Source: Nitrospinales bacterium
GTDB taxonomy: Bacteria > Nitrospinota > Nitrospinia > Nitrospinales > JAJDAT01
Assembly: GCA_046757665.1 (NCBI GenBank)
Contig: JBHHYO010000003.1
Location: 1-64,000 of the forward strand
Direction: 5' to 3'
DNA: 64,000 nt
Shown here: positions 62,880 through 64,000 of the stretch, in pieces
Layout: each line of letters starts with the position of its first letter
Position numbering within the stretch: position 1 is the first letter of the stretch
Notes under the pieces: model-generated
Told to the model about the DNA's origin: nothing
Database searches by the model: none
What the model saw: the letters and a program-made list of their open reading frames with translations, nothing else
Translations under genes and position numbers: made by a program

Positions 62880-64000
62880 GACTCATTATACCAAGATACC
62901 ATTTCCCCCGCGCCGCCAAACGGCAACCGTCTTCGTCCGCGCGAATCAGAAGTTGTTTTTGCATTTCAGCCAGGAGGCGGACGGCGACCGCCCGCTCCAG
63001 GCCGATTTGGCTCCCGCGCAAACATTTCCCCCGACACCGGCGCAAGAAGTCCCGTTCCCACCGGTAAAAGGGATTGCCCGGGTCTTTCATGGAGGAAAAC
63101 AGGAGACGGACGACCTGTTCTCCGAGAGATTTCAATTTCCCGGCGCTTTTGTTCGTACCGCGCAGGTTGACGCCGATCTTGTTTTCCGTGCCCGAATTGC
63201 GGACAAACACCGCCGCTTCCGGTGGCGTTGCGCCTGCCGGGCGCCGCGCACCGGACGGTTGAACAGCAAGCAACATATAAAGCATGTCCGGGTCCTCGGG
63301 AAACGCCACGGTTCGACAACGCATCCCGCGCTCCCCGGCCCAGGCGGAAACCTGCCGTTTCACCAGCCGCCACACCCGGGAGTTTTTGCAAAACAGTTCC
63401 TTTTTGACGTAATAGGCATAATGCGTTTGCTTGAATCCCGGCGCAAAGGGAGGGCGGAACCATCGGGAAGGCGGCGTGGTACCGCGGCGGATCAAATGCG
63501 CCTCCGCCGAAAACGTGTTCAAGGCGCTTTTCAATCCGTTACCGGCAAACACCTCGACCCGCTCGCCCGTTTCCCGCTCCAGCCAGGCCGATGTAACGTT
63601 GTGCCCGGTCTCCTCGCCGCCAACGGCAAAAAACGCCGACACATCAGCAACGCTTTTCGCCGGAACCCTCTTGTCCAGGGCCGTTTCGATGGCTTCCAGC
63701 CGCCTGACATCGAAAATTCCGCGCCTTTGAATTTCCCGAAACTCCCGCGCAAGACGATTGACGGCGCTCTTCTGCTTTGTGGAGACCGCATTTGCCGGAG
63801 AATTTTTCATCTGCCGGGCGCAAACATTCAACCGGTTTTCGATAAACGCGGCGGCGATACGCGACAAAATCCACTTGTCGCCCACCGGCGTAACGCGCGG
63901 CTTCAACCCCAGCTTGCCGGCGGCCGACGCGGCATTGAAATCGCTTTCCACGGTGTTCAGATAAATAAAGTCCCGGCGCCGGCCGGGGTCCCGCTCCAAA
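62872..64000 (-). CDS. Divergent alpha-D-phosphohexomutase family protein, C-terminal part (5' end outside window)
   Basis: TPVGDKWI, GGEETGH, VRNSGTENK (RxSGTE motif). Confidence 0.72.
   Translation of the reverse strand, partial: LERDPGRRRDFIYLNTVESDFNAASAAGKLGLKPRVTPVGDKWILSRIAAAFIENRLNVCARQMKNSPANAVSTKQKSAVNRLAREFREIQRRGIFDVRRLEAIETALDKRVPAKSVADVSAFFAVGGEETGHNVTSAWLERETGERVEVFAGNGLKSALNTFSAEAHLIRRGTTPPSRWFRPPFAPGFKQTHYAYYVKKELFCKNSRVWRLVKRQVSAWAGERGMRCRTVAFPEDPDMLYMLLAVQPSGARRPAGATPPEAAVFVRNSGTENKIGVNLRGTNKSAGKLKSLGEQVVRLLFSSMKDPGNPFYRWERDFLRRCRGKCLRGSQIGLERAVAVRLLAEMQKQLLIRADEDGCRLAARGKWYLGIMSHE

Overview
A 64-kb GC-rich (about 55-60% by eye) bacterial chromosome segment. The gene repertoire (tandem-USP/PCP_red protein, His-rich SmbP-like exported proteins, TMTC-like TPR proteins, NHL and LRR exported proteins, shc) suggests a Nitrospina-like (Nitrospinota) organism; this is inference only. 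Most of the window is housekeeping: namZ-like, dnaG-rpoD-tRNA-Ile2, pyk, ahcY, msbA, class II aldolase, rpmB, rel/spoT, recG, etfB, shc, tRNA-Leu-tig-clpP-clpX-lon. Flagellar genes are scattered: flgB and fliE with no flgC, flgM, and an FlgO-like lipoprotein, with clear sigma54 and sigma28 promoters. The best candidate for an undescribed system is a roughly 7.8-kb minus-strand metal-response cluster (20648-28415). It has a three-Cys MerR regulator and two matching MerR-type long-spacer promoters sharing a CTGTA-N6-TACAG operator. It also encodes an outer-membrane barrel, a MerP-like HMA protein, a short MerT-like protein, a thioredoxin-like protein, two NHL beta-propellers, an LRR protein and a Cys/His-rich leader-like ORF, but no merA. 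Other points: a dispersed MITE/REP-like repeat family that supplies the shc stop codon and is open in frame with a neighbouring gene, oleA-oleB without oleC/oleD, a lone etfB followed by an uncalled 54-aa membrane peptide, a dinJ-yafQ module, and a long structured leader upstream of dnaG. All product calls come from motif recognition; no database searches were run.
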